Assembly (NCBI GenBank): GCA_963696385.1
Contig: CAVOKF010000004.1
Location: forward strand, 32,001 to 96,000
Direction: 5' to 3'
Length of the DNA stretch: 64,000 nt
DNA from: an uncultured delta proteobacterium
Lineage (GTDB): Bacteria; Myxococcota_A; Polyangia; Polyangiales; Polyangiaceae
Shown here: positions 10,824-20,416 of the stretch, piece by piece
How positions within the stretch are numbered: position 1 is the first letter of the stretch
Layout of the letters: each line of letters begins with the position of its first letter
Made by a program: the position numbers and the translations under genes
The notes under the pieces: model-generated
Databases searched by the model: none
Seen by the model: only the letters and a program-made list of their open reading frames with translations
Told to the model about the DNA's origin: nothing

Positions 10824-10971
10824 TCCCGACGATGACGAGACCGACCGCTGCGACGAGTCCGACCACGACCATGATCGGGTTGTCCAGTGCGGCGCCACAC
10901 CCTCCCAGCATCACGATCCCGCCGAAGAAATAGCAGCCGTTGCGGATCAGCTTCCGTTGCTCCGTGTTCAT
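10816..10971 (-). CDS. Small membrane protein; stop codon supplied by the repeat, probably 3'-truncated
   Basis: MNTEQRKLIRNGCYFFGGIVMLGG..., two hydrophobic segments, GGAGGG upstream. Confidence 0.5.
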   Translation of the reverse strand: MNTEQRKLIRNGCYFFGGIVMLGGCGAALDNPIMVVVGLVAAVGLVIVGSE

Positions 10972-11231
10972 CGGCCCTCCGAAACGATGCCAACGCTTAT
11001 CGTCGGCCTTGTCAACGGCGGCAGATGCGGGCGCGGGGACCCGAGGTTGGCACCCGCGTGCCCCGTCCACTCGCACGCGCGGCACGCCAGCGAGCAACTT
11101 GCGAACGACAACAGCCGGTCCACTTCGGCAGAGTACGCGTTGCCGCGATTATCGCGCGCGTCGTCCGCCACGCGCCCTCCGCCAGTCATCGCCGTTGACG
11201 TCGCCCGGGCGATCGGCCGACCATTGGGGCG

Positions 11232-12464
11232 ATGGGGGATGAGGAGAGGCGAACGGTTTGGATCCTTGGCGCGGGCTTCAGTCGATCGCTCGGCGGCCCG
11301 CTATTGCCCGACCTGCTTTCATCGGCGACGAATAATTTCGTTTCCTCTCTCTATCATAAAAACAAATTCATTGGGGGCCCCCCCGAGGAGCCCGATGACG
11401 TGTACCGCCGCGCGGCCCTCGCGGTGCGCCGCTTGTACGATAAATACGGGGACACAGCTGACCCCGGAATCCGCTTATGGGAGAATGCGGAAGAGTTTTT
11501 AGACCAGCTAGACGCCGCGGCCGAAAACGAGAGCGCTGCCAGTCGGATTTTCCGACCGATGACCTCCGAGCTCAATAATGCCCCCTGGATTTCCGGAGTG
11601 GAGACCCCGGACCTGCGCGACGCGGCGCGACGGCTCGTTGCCGCAGCGTGTTGCGCGTTCCTGCACGGTGCGAATACGAATGAAGAACGCTGGCAGCCGT
11701 ACCAGGCGTGGGCCGCCGACCTAACGTCGTCGGACACGGTCGTGACGTTCAATTACGACCGGGTGTTGGAAACCCTCGGAGGGTTTGACGTCGTGGTGCC
11801 TGCGCCGCCGGAGGTACTCACCTCGCAGGTCGTCCCGCTCGTGCCGCCGCTAGGCGCTAAGCCGAAAGTCTTCAAGCTACACGGCAGCGTCGATTGGCGC
11901 CGTGAACTAGAGAAGCCGGTAAGATACTTGCTAGCGTCGCCCGAATACGCTCTTGAATGCGATGGCGTAAACATCGGAATCGCTACACCGGGCCCAACTA
12001 AGCGTCTAGCGACTCAGGAATTGAGCCGATTGTGGACCGATGCGTGTGAGCATATTCAGCGAGCCGAGGTAATTGTCTTCGTTGGGTACCGCTTCCCGCG
12101 AACCGATGCGGAAGCACGCGGAACGCTTTTGAAGGCGATCAGGGAAAACAAGTCCCCTCATCTCGAGTTGCACATCGTGCTCGGTCCGGATCGGCGAATC
12201 CCGGACGTCGTCCGGCTTCAACAGCTGCTCCGCTACAGAATGGCGAGCGCGGGCCGGAAGGGGCAACGAGTTTTGCCCCCAAGCGCCCAGAGGATGACTG
12301 CCGCGAAGCCCGCAAACGAGACGCGAAATGATTTTCGGCTAATGACCCACGCCCTCTATGCGGAGGACTTCTTCACCGTGTGGGATCGCGACGTCTTGTG
12401 GCCCCCATCAGAGGGGGTAAGCTCAAACGATCGTGTGACCATCGAGCCGTTGCCGCCCGACTGA
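11232..12464 (+). CDS. SIR2-like domain protein (candidate NADase defence effector)
   Basis: ILGAGFS, TFNYD, KLHGSVDW and FVGYRFPxxD motifs. Confidence 0.85.
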   Translation: MGDEERRTVWILGAGFSRSLGGPLLPDLLSSATNNFVSSLYHKNKFIGGPPEEPDDVYRRAALAVRRLYDKYGDTADPGIRLWENAEEFLDQLDAAAENESAASRIFRPMTSELNNAPWISGVETPDLRDAARRLVAAACCAFLHGANTNEERWQPYQAWAADLTSSDTVVTFNYDRVLETLGGFDVVVPAPPEVLTSQVVPLVPPLGAKPKVFKLHGSVDWRRELEKPVRYLLASPEYALECDGVNIGIATPGPTKRLATQELSRLWTDACEHIQRAEVIVFVGYRFPRTDAEARGTLLKAIRENKSPHLELHIVLGPDRRIPDVVRLQQLLRYRMASAGRKGQRVLPPSAQRMTAAKPANETRNDFRLMTHALYAEDFFTVWDRDVLWPPSEGVSSNDRVTIEPLPPD

Positions 12465-12477
12465 CGGTGTCCGGGCG

Positions 12478-12589
12478 GCGAGTAGGCGGCGCAAAGCTTG
12501 TCGGCCGACGAAGAGACGCGGAAACCGCCGCGGTCACATAAAAGGCCTTTGGGGCGCTCGTTGTCATTGAAAGCGCCGTCCCAATTGAG
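12478..12589 (-). repeat. 112-bp unit, copy 3 (diverged, inverted)
   Basis: Reverse complement CTCAATTGGG...GCCCCAAA-GGCCTT-TTATGTGACC...CTACTCGC; same length and colinear with copy 2. Confidence 0.92.
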
Positions 12590-12876
12590 CGCACGGAAAT
12601 CGTCCCCTTTGGCAACGACATCCTGGCCGGCACGCCCCGGGCGATGCCCTACAGCGGGGTAAGCCGGATGAAGTTTCAGGCGAATGCCGTGGCTGGCCGA
12701 AAGGAGAAGTCTGTCTTGAAGCCCAACTGCACGTTGAGTCTCGTCCCCTCGCCCGAGGGCGTTCTCGCTCGCTGCTCGGAGAAAAGCACCTCGTCGCACT
12801 TGACGGTCACCGATTTGGCTCGTTCTTCGGTGTTGTTGGATGGCGAAGCGCAAGCAAATTCAATCGACCCGGGACT

Positions 12877-14058
12877 TCACTGGCATTCAGCTGAGTTCGG
12901 AGGATTTGCGCCGGTCGCGCTGTAGGACGCACATATGGCCGCTGAGAACGCGCCCGTCACATGGTCAACTTTGACGGTGTTGATTATGTTCTGCGCATTC
13001 CAGGGGCTTAAATTCAGATCGAAGGTCCCTATGATTTCCGATGCCGTTACAGTTGAGACTGTGACGGTACCGCTTACGGACTGCTCGCATGCCGTTGGAT
13101 TGTCGCTTTGGTCGTAGGCGGCACCGTAAAACGCCCCCGCTCCTATCGTCGCCCCCGCTGAGGTTAGGACGTCGAACGTGCCTGGCGTCAACGATGAGTT
13201 TGTTACAATGTCGAGGTACAAGACAGTTTGGTTGGGGGAGGGCCCGCTGTCGTCTTCCGTCCAGGCGTTTCCAGGTCCGCCATCTGGGTTTAATGCGCAT
13301 AAGTCGGCGAGGTTTGCGATGGATACGTTGGAGAGAACGATGCTCGTCACGTTGGTATCGGGAGCTAACCCGGGATTCCCCACGGGGACATTGCCGGCGA
13401 AGGCACTCTGGATGATCAACTCCTGCCCGCCGATCGTGCCAGTAGCGCTGTTCGCGGAGGCTTCGCTCGATCCGTCGGATGCATCGGCGGCATCCGGTCC
13501 TGCGTCACAATTCGGCTCCAGAATGTACGAACATTCGCCGCTGCTCGGAATGCACGAGCCCGGCGTCAATTCGCAAGTCGTTGGCGGAGTCACGCACGCG
13601 GTGGATCCCCCTGTCGCTGTCGTGCAGCCCCCGCACGGATCCTTTACTGTGCAGGTAGTCGCCTCACCATCCGCGTCGCTGGCGTCCGGGGTGCCATCGA
13701 TTACATCGGGCTCGATTACGTCCAATACAGTCGCATCGCGATTGGCGTCTGCTTCCCCGTCTGTGTCCCCATCTGCTTCGCCGTCCGTCGTTGCATCCTT
13801 GCCCCCGTCCAATTCACTCGACAACGAGCTTGAACTGGTCGTTGAGCTTGAACTCGACGACGAGCTTGAAGGTTCAGGGGGCGGCGGAGGCGAAGGGCTT
13901 CCGCAAGCAGCTAGGACCTCAAAATGTGTGGTCACGACCGCGAGTGCGGCGATTCGCCACGGTTCCAGCCTCACGAAATGCCTCCCGCTGGAGCTATCGA
14001 CGCGGAAAACCGACATTGGCGCCAAGATCGCACAAAGTGGACCAGGCTCAGGTGGCAC
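12877..14058 (-). CDS. Secreted or lipoprotein with Pro/Ser linker and Asp/Cys-rich repeats
   Basis: LAACG lipobox-like motif, poly-S tract, Cys-rich segment; visibly lower GC than flanks. Confidence 0.65.
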   Translation of the reverse strand: MPPEPGPLCAILAPMSVFRVDSSSGRHFVRLEPWRIAALAVVTTHFEVLAACGSPSPPPPPEPSSSSSSSSSTTSSSSLSSELDGGKDATTDGEADGDTDGEADANRDATVLDVIEPDVIDGTPDASDADGEATTCTVKDPCGGCTTATGGSTACVTPPTTCELTPGSCIPSSGECSYILEPNCDAGPDAADASDGSSEASANSATGTIGGQELIIQSAFAGNVPVGNPGLAPDTNVTSIVLSNVSIANLADLCALNPDGGPGNAWTEDDSGPSPNQTVLYLDIVTNSSLTPGTFDVLTSAGATIGAGAFYGAAYDQSDNPTACEQSVSGTVTVSTVTASEIIGTFDLNLSPWNAQNIINTVKVDHVTGAFSAAICASYSATGANPPNSAECQ

Positions 14059-14440
14059 GCTTGCAACAAAATAAGTTCAACAATATTGGAAAAATCGTGC
14101 GAGCTCAGACTTCAGACGGTCCGAGAGCGGACTTGGCGGAGCCTGAATGTGGCACACAAAGCTACATGTGGCGCTGGGCGCTACCTTGTGGCTCCGTGCA
14201 CCACACGTGTGCGGGGGGGCAGTGTCCGCTACCTGGCTTTGATCGGCCACATTCCCCGCTGTACTTCGGGCATGTATCCGTTTCGTACGGCTCCCGAGCT
14301 CTCCCAGGCCATCCCCGGCCCCCCTGTCCTGGCTCCTTGGGCTGTCCGCCGGCTTCAGGCAGCGGCGCAATAGTCATGATGAAGGCCGCCGAGCACGGGG
14401 ATGGCCTCGACCGGGCCAGCATACTTGGCCAAACGGGACT

Positions 14441-14563
14441 CTCAAATCGGTTCGCCGATTCAGCGATAACGAACGCCCCTAAGACGCGATTAAGACGCGA
14501 TATGTTTCCGCGGTGGCTTCCGCGTCTCTTCGTCGACCGACGTGCTTTGGGCTTACTACTCGC
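14441..14563 (+). repeat. 112-bp unit, copy 4, with a duplication in the core
   Basis: AAGACGCGAT-T-AAGACGCGAT at 14481-14501. Confidence 0.95.
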
Positions 14564-15420
14564 CAGCGAGCTGCCGTGCTGCTCGTCGAGCGGCTTGCAA
14601 ACCTGCTTGCCACGTCCCCGGACCTGCCGGAGCTACGACCGTGACGGTCTTGCGAAACGGCAAAGCGCCGCGCTGGAGCGAGCACGAGGCGTCGAGTGAG
14701 CACTTCGTCGGCGGCATCTCGCCCCTCTGGATGTTCGACTACCAGCTTCAGGGGCTCTTCTCAGTCGTGGAACTCGCGCGAGCCAGGAGTCGAGAGGAGC
14801 CCCACCTCTACGGCGACGTTCTGCGGCGCGCCGCGGAAGTGGCGCTCATCGGCGCGCTCGGCTTCTTCGAGGCGTTTTGCAAACACCAGTTTGCGGCGCT
14901 TTTGACGCTGCATGCCCCTCTGCTCGTCGACTTCGCCAACCGGCGTCAGGAGGCGAGCCTCCGGCTCTCGGCACTCGCTTCAGCCGCCGGAGAACTCGAC
15001 GTCAAGATCGGCTTCATCGTCGCCGAGTCGTACGACTTCGGATCGGCCAAGCAAATCAATGGACTCTTCCGCGATCTCCTCGAGTGCTCGCCGTTGCCGA
15101 AAGATGAGGGGGACGAGCTCGACGCCATCCTTCGCAAGCGCCACCTCATCGTGCACCACGGCGGTATTGTTACAACTGAATCGGCTCGGGCAAAGGCACC
15201 GGTCCTTCCGTCTGGCCAGGCGTTTCGAGACGTCGTCGGGGTCGAGCCCGACGAGTACCACGACATCGCGGACTTCCTGCGGCTCTCGGCCGTCAAGGTA
15301 GCCGTCTGCACGGTGCAAGCCCTCAAGCGTCGCACGCGCGACCTATCTGATCTTGCCGTCGACCGACAGCAAGACGTGGAGCTTCTGCTCAGGGCCGTGT
15401 GGCATCAGCTCGACGCGTGA
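14564..15420 (+). CDS. HEPN-like (RxxxxH) protein, true start uncertain or truncated
   Basis: IGALGFFEAFCK helix and RKRHLIVHHGG motif. Confidence 0.6.
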
Positions 15421-15449
15421 ACGAGCCCCCTCGACCTTTGGGCCCTGCT

Positions 15450-15683
15450 CTACTTGCGTCGCTTTCGTCCAGGGCCTGCAGGCCATGAAACCTGCTTGGA
15501 GCGTTCGAGCCATCCCTCGGTGACGGCCTCGCGCACCTTCACCCGCAGAAGCTCCTCGGCGGCCTCGGTGCGGTTCTTTCCGAACAGGCCGGTCTGCACC
15601 AGTGCGTCGAGCGCCGAGAGCACCTCGGGCGTCGTCGACAGGTGCAGTTTCTTGGTCCCGACCGAGTTGGGCCCGCGTGCCAT
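15450..15683 (-). CDS. Small ribbon-helix-helix-like DNA-binding protein
   Basis: KKLHLSTTPEVLSALDALVQTGLFGKNRTEAAEELLR. Confidence 0.6.
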   Translation of the reverse strand: MARGPNSVGTKKLHLSTTPEVLSALDALVQTGLFGKNRTEAAEELLRVKVREAVTEGWLERSKQVSWPAGPGRKRRK

Positions 15684-15715
15684 GATCCAAGTAGATCCTG
15701 ATCTAGGATCTTGAT

Positions 15716-16161
15716 ATGCTCAAGCCCGTGAGCGCCGATTTGGCCGGCCAGAGGGTCGGATCCCTCGACGATGCGCGGACTGCGTTGGTGCTGCCGCCAC
15801 GTCCCGAACCGCGATCTGCGCGCAGAACGCTGCGCGTCGGCAGCCGCACGCTCACCGTCACGCCGGTCTTCGACACGTACTGGCGCTTCGCCTGCCAGCG
15901 GCAGGAGGTCTTCCACCGGCGAGCCGCGGGCGACCCCCCCGCCGTGGACGGACGATCCCATTCTTGGCGGGCACCGTTTCACGAATGCCTACCGCGCTTC
16001 GGATCGGGTGAGCCAGTTCCTCATCCGCCACGTGCTCTACGCCGGCAGTCAGGACGAAGAGGAGGTTTTCTTCCGTTGCCTGCTCTTCAAGATTTTTAAC
16101 CGGATCGATACGTGGGAGCACCTTAGGCTTCACGTCGGCGAGGTGCGCTGGAACAGCTACT
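15716..16161 (+). pseudogene. Nucleotide-kinase-associated / 5-hmdU DNA kinase helical-domain protein, frameshifted at the C-run ~15934-15940 and 3'-truncated by repeat copy 5
   Basis: TPVFDTYWRFACQRQEVFHRR joins PPWTDDPILGGHRFTNAYRASDRVSQFLI...LLFKIFNRIDTW. Confidence 0.75.
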
Positions 16162-16210
16162 CTCAAATCGGTTCGCCGCTCGGTGACAACGGAAGCCCCT
16201 AAGACGCGAT
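16162..16210 (+). repeat. 112-bp unit, copy 5 (left half, interrupted in the core by IS4)
   Basis: CTCAAATCGGTTCGCCG...CCCCTAAGACGCGAT directly followed by the IS4 end CATAGGTAGG. Confidence 0.9.
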
Positions 16211-16591
16211 CATAGGTAGGATCTTTATTTCCCGAGTGATCTCGATCACTTACGTGCATAGTGCACGAATTGGGTAGTCAAAGGCATCGGGGATTCTCTA
16301 GACGCTGTTGTGAGACAACGCGAAAGGAGACCCCCGATGCACGGATCAAACAGTACACGCGCCGGAGTCGGCGTGTATGCGAAACGGCTTACGGAAGTAC
16401 TCGGCGAGGAGCAGGTGACCGCGATCGCGAGACGTAGCGGCTGGCTACGGCGAGTGCGCAAGGTGATGCCGCTGGCGATGGTCGTGGCGGTGCTGTCGAC
16501 GCTCGGGTCGGGCCACGCCAAGTGGTTGGCCGATATTCTGCGGACGTTCCGGAAATTCGCGGGCCTTTCGCTGCGATATAAGCCCTTTCAC
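16211..16591 (+). mobile_element. 5' fragment of the IS4 element at 40770..42245
   Basis: Near-identical to 40770-41150; ends abruptly at repeat copy 6. Confidence 0.95.
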
Positions 16592-16702
16592 CAAATCGGT
16601 TCGCCGATTCAGCGATAACGAACGCCCCTAAGACGCGATATGTTTCCGCGGGGTCGTCCGCGGCTCTTCGTCGACCGACGCACTTTTGGGCTTACTACTC
16701 GC
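16592..16702 (+). repeat. 112-bp unit, copy 6
   Basis: CAAATCGGTTCGCC...CTACTCGC; left half identical to copy 1, right half variant. Confidence 0.95.
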
Positions 16703-17034
16703 CGAACAGAATCCACGGGCGGTCGAGACTATGCTTCGTGAGCAGCGCGACCACGTCGGTGCATTTGCTTCAGCTTCAGCGCAGCCATGATCGCCTGATA
16801 CCACTCGCTGCCGTACTCGATGCCCGTGTTGCCTTTCTTATCCGAAGACCGGAACGACTTCAGATTGCCGCCGCTTGCGTCGGTGAGCAGGTTGCTGAAC
16901 GCCTCGGCCAGCTTCGCGTCGCGGCTGTCGTGGCTGATGAACACAAGCGGCTTGGAGGACTGAACGAGCGACGATTCGCCGTTCGCCGCCTCGTTTGTCT
17001 TCCCGTTTCCCGCTTCCTGCTTCCGCTTCGCCAT
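16703..17034 (-). pseudogene. TIR-domain protein, frameshifted at ~16770 and truncated by repeat copy 6
   Basis: VFISHDSRD...GIEYGSEWY; another frame continues TDVVALLTKHSLDRPWILF and stops at the repeat. Confidence 0.8.
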
Positions 17035-17150
17035 GCCCGCCGCCCCCGGGTGCCGTGATCCCGCACGATCGCACAACCGGACGCATCGGGTAAGCCCTGG
17101 CCAAGATCGGTTCTCGGCATACCCGTCAAGTGTTCAGTATGCTCCCGCCA

Positions 17151-17345
17151 ATGCCCGACAACACCCGTCCGCCGCGCAACCTCCACATCGACGACCAGCC
17201 GAACCTCGGCACCCGCGCGCTGATGACGGCCGTCGACGAGCTGGCCAAGGCGCACCGGCTTGCCGGAGCCCGCGTCGCCTACAAGCGCAACGCCAAGGGC
17301 GAGCACGTCGTCGCGGTCATCTTCACCGGCTTCGAGCGCACGTAG
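17151..17345 (+). CDS. Small hypothetical protein
   Basis: GC3-biased 64-aa ORF MPDNTRPPRNLHIDDQPNLG... Confidence 0.4.
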   Translation: MPDNTRPPRNLHIDDQPNLGTRALMTAVDELAKAHRLAGARVAYKRNAKGEHVVAVIFTGFERT

Positions 17346-17498
17346 CGGCCCGAATCCGTATTCCGGTGCGCCGGAGGCGAAACCCGGTTTCGCCATGCGG
17401 CCCGCATCGGCGCGCAGAGCCCTGCAGCCAAGATAGGCGATCGCTCCGATCGGAACCCGGGTTCCGGTCCCGGTTGGTCCGCCGACGGCCGCTCCGAC

Positions 17499-17577
17499 TG
17501 ACAACGAGCGCCCCAAAGGCCTTTTATGTGACCGCGGCGGTTTCCGCGTCTCTTCGTCGGCCGACAAGCTTTGCGCC
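17499..17577 (+). repeat. 112-bp unit, copy 7 (partial; IS66 begins near its right end)
   Basis: TGACAACGAGCGCCCCAAAGGCCTTTTATGTG...CTTTGCGCC identical to copy 3. Confidence 0.92.
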
Positions 17578-17638
17578 GTAACCGTCCGGCCGGGCCCGCA
17601 CTTGATTTAGGGGCAGAAAGCGCGGTGCGATCGGGGGC

Positions 17639-17959
17639 ATGGGACGCGAGCGTCGGTCGCGAGTCTGGTGGTCAAGCCGAGTGGCGCGTTGGCGGCGCAG
17701 CGGGCTTACGGCGCGGCAATTCGCCGAGAGCGAAGGGCTTTCGGTGTTCTCGCTTCGGTGGTGGTCGAGCCAGTTGGCTCGTGATAACCGTGCGGAGCAC
17801 GGTGCGTCGGCGATCGAGCCGATCGAGATCACCGTCGAGGGGCGTCAGGCCGGCCGCGAACTGGTCGAAGTCGTGGTCGGCGCGGCGACGATCCGCTGCG
17901 AGCGGGGGACGGACGTCGGATACATTGCGGCGCTGGTTCGTGCGATCGCGGGTGCATGA
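17639..17959 (+). CDS. tnpA: IS66 TnpA
   Basis: WRRSGLTARQFAESEGLS HTH. Confidence 0.85.
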   Translation: MGRERRSRVWWSSRVARWRRSGLTARQFAESEGLSVFSLRWWSSQLARDNRAEHGASAIEPIEITVEGRQAGRELVEVVVGAATIRCERGTDVGYIAALVRAIAGA

Positions 17960-18321
17960 CGGTGTTCGGTTTCTCGCCTCACGTTCGCGTGTACCTCGCG
18001 TCGCAGCCGGTCGACATGCGTGCAGGCCACGACAGTCTGTTCGCGATCGTGAAGAGCTGGGACCTGAATCCGTTCAGCGGGGACCTGTTTGCGTTCGTTG
18101 GGAAACGACGAGACCGGGTGAAGATTTTGGTGTGGCACCGCGGGGGATTTTTATTGGTCTACAAGCGGTTGGAAAGAAATCGATTTCGGATCCCTGCGAT
18201 CCAGCCGGGAACGCGGACGGCGATGCTCGATGCGACGCAGCTGGCGATGTTGCTCGATGGCATCGACGTCCAACACGTTCAACGCCCCGCGCTGTGGCAG
18301 CCTCCGGGTCTGGCGCGCTGA
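17956..18321 (+). CDS. tnpB: IS66 TnpB accessory protein
   Basis: PVDMRAGHDSL...KILVWHRGGFLLVYKRLE. Confidence 0.92.
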   Translation: MTVFGFSPHVRVYLASQPVDMRAGHDSLFAIVKSWDLNPFSGDLFAFVGKRRDRVKILVWHRGGFLLVYKRLERNRFRIPAIQPGTRTAMLDATQLAMLLDGIDVQHVQRPALWQPPGLAR

Positions 18322-18428
18322 GCCCCGTCGCGGCCCTGTGTGTCCATTGGACACTTTGTCGCTGAAATCGTCGTCGGCCCCCACGCTAAGCCTTTTAATC
18401 TGCGCGGCGATGGTGCACGAAAAGGATC

Positions 18429-20033
18429 GTGGTTGATGCGCGAGACGTCCGCATCGCGAAGCTTGTGGAGCTGCGCAAGCGCGCCGAAGAGCGTGAGCGA
18501 CAACTGGGCGAGATCGTCGCGCAGCAGCAGACGCTGATCGCTGCGCAGCAGCAACTCATCGCCGAGCTGCAGCGTCGACTGTCCGAGCAAGATGCGCAGC
18601 AGAAGGCGCGCGCCGAAGAGATGAAGGCCGAGATCGACCGGCTGGAGCGGCAACTGTTGGGCCCGAAGACCGAGCGGACCCACGTTCCGCCGATCGACGC
18701 CGAGCTTCGCAACACCGAACCGATGACCGACGAAGAGCGCGCGCGCCGTCGCGAAGAGATTGCACGCAAGCGACGCGAACGCGCACTCGCGAAGAACGCC
18801 GCGATGGCCGTCGAGCAGGTCGAGTACCCGGTACCCGAATCGATGAAGCCGTGCGCTCATTGTGGCGGCGTGCATGCGCGAGCTCTCGAGCCCGAGCAGA
18901 GCACGACGTACGAGTACAAGCCGGGTCACTTCATCCGTCGTGTGCACAAGCGGCAGAAGCTCGCATGCAGCTGCGGCCAGTCCATCGTGACGGCGCCGCC
19001 GCCTCCGAAGCTCGTCGTCGGTGGACAGTACGGCTTCGGGTTCGCCGCATTCCTCATCGTGGAGAAGTGCGCCGACTCGATTCCCATTCATCGCATTGAG
19101 AAACGATTCGGCCGACTTGGGATCCCGATCTCGCGCAGCACGATGAACGATCTCGTTCACAAGGCTGCCGAGATTGTTCGACCGCTCGTCGCTCGACTGC
19201 AGACGCGAATCGCGGCTCTCGAAGTCGTGCTCGCCGACGAGACCTCGATGCGCTTGCAGGACCGTCCCAAGCGCGGCTTTGTCTGGGTGTTTCACGGTCA
19301 CGATGAAGTCAGCGGCGGCAAGCTTGTTCTGTATGCCTTCGCCGTCGATCGAAGCGGCGACACGCCGGCGAAGATCCTGGGTGGCACTCGCGGCACTCTC
19401 GTGGTGGACGGATACACGGGGTACAACCAGGTGACCGACCCGCTCGGACGCGCGCGCGGCGGATGCTGGAGCCACATGCGCAGAAAGCTCTTCGAGGCGC
19501 GCTCCACCCGTGCGGCCGAGGACATCGACCCCGCGCTCGGGATCATCCGCGAGATCTTTCGTGTCGAACACGACGCGACCGAGCAGAAGATCGTCCGCAC
19601 TCCGGCCCATCTCGAGCTGCGAAATGCGCGTAGCGCTCCGCTGGTCGAGCAATTCTTTCAGTGGGCCGAACACAAGAAGGTCGAGGTCCTTCCGAAGGGC
19701 CCGCTCGGCGAGGCGCTCGGTTACGCGATTAACCAACGCGCTCGACTCGAGCTTTTCTTGTCGGATCCGCGTATTCCGATGCACAACAACGGCTCAGAGT
19801 CCCGCTTACGCGTTATTGCTCTGGCTCGCCATACGTACCTTTTCTTCGGACATCCACTCGCGGGCAAAAACTTCGCGGGGCTCTACTCGCTCGTCGGCTC
19901 CTGCATCGCCAACGAAGTCGAGCCGACGGAGTATCTCACCGACGTACTTGCGCGAGTCCGCGACGCAACGACCGACGAGCAGCTCGACGCGCTGCTACCC
20001 GATCGGTGGGCGCCCCACGGTCCAGCGCCCTGA
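18429..20033 (+). CDS. tnpC: IS66 TnpC DDE transposase
   Basis: Coiled coil, CAHCGG Zn finger, ADET, VDGYTGY, CWSHMRRK. Confidence 0.93.
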   Translation: MVDARDVRIAKLVELRKRAEERERQLGEIVAQQQTLIAAQQQLIAELQRRLSEQDAQQKARAEEMKAEIDRLERQLLGPKTERTHVPPIDAELRNTEPMTDEERARRREEIARKRRERALAKNAAMAVEQVEYPVPESMKPCAHCGGVHARALEPEQSTTYEYKPGHFIRRVHKRQKLACSCGQSIVTAPPPPKLVVGGQYGFGFAAFLIVEKCADSIPIHRIEKRFGRLGIPISRSTMNDLVHKAAEIVRPLVARLQTRIAALEVVLADETSMRLQDRPKRGFVWVFHGHDEVSGGKLVLYAFAVDRSGDTPAKILGGTRGTLVVDGYTGYNQVTDPLGRARGGCWSHMRRKLFEARSTRAAEDIDPALGIIREIFRVEHDATEQKIVRTPAHLELRNARSAPLVEQFFQWAEHKKVEVLPKGPLGEALGYAINQRARLELFLSDPRIPMHNNGSESRLRVIALARHTYLFFGHPLAGKNFAGLYSLVGSCIANEVEPTEYLTDVLARVRDATTDEQLDALLPDRWAPHGPAP

Positions 20034-20416
20034 ACCACTGGGGCGCAGCGCAACTCCCGCAATCCCCGAACGCGTCGCGCGTCGTCACGTCGATGCAGAG
20101 TGTCGCCCGAGTCCGCGACGCGACCCCAGCACGACGTGCCGCTATCCATACGAGCGCAGCGCCTCGCCTCTGCCCCCCTGAACCACTGGCCTGAAGTCGC
20201 CAAGCATGGTCGCGCTCTGTTGCGGCCGCGGCAACGACGTCAACGCGACGATGCTCTTGGCGTGCTCGCCAACAATCGCGACGAGTACTGGGACAAGAAG
20301 CTCGCCGCCGATACTTGGCAGGGGCCTCATCGCGGGAAAGGCCCGCCCCCTGAACCATTCTTGGACTCAGGTCAACAGCGGGGCGCGCCGGACGCTTACG
20401 TGGAAAGGGTGCAGTT

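Larger units (their letters stand above)
17578..20399 (+). mobile_element. IS66-family element
   Basis: IRL GTAACCGTCCGGC and IRR GCCGGACGCTTAC; tnpA-tnpB-tnpC order; flanking 8-mers do not match (no TSD). Confidence 0.93.

Noticed and set aside
14322..14430. Possible left-end remnant of another IS just before copy 4
   Set aside because: Impression only; no transposase sequence or partner end is visible.
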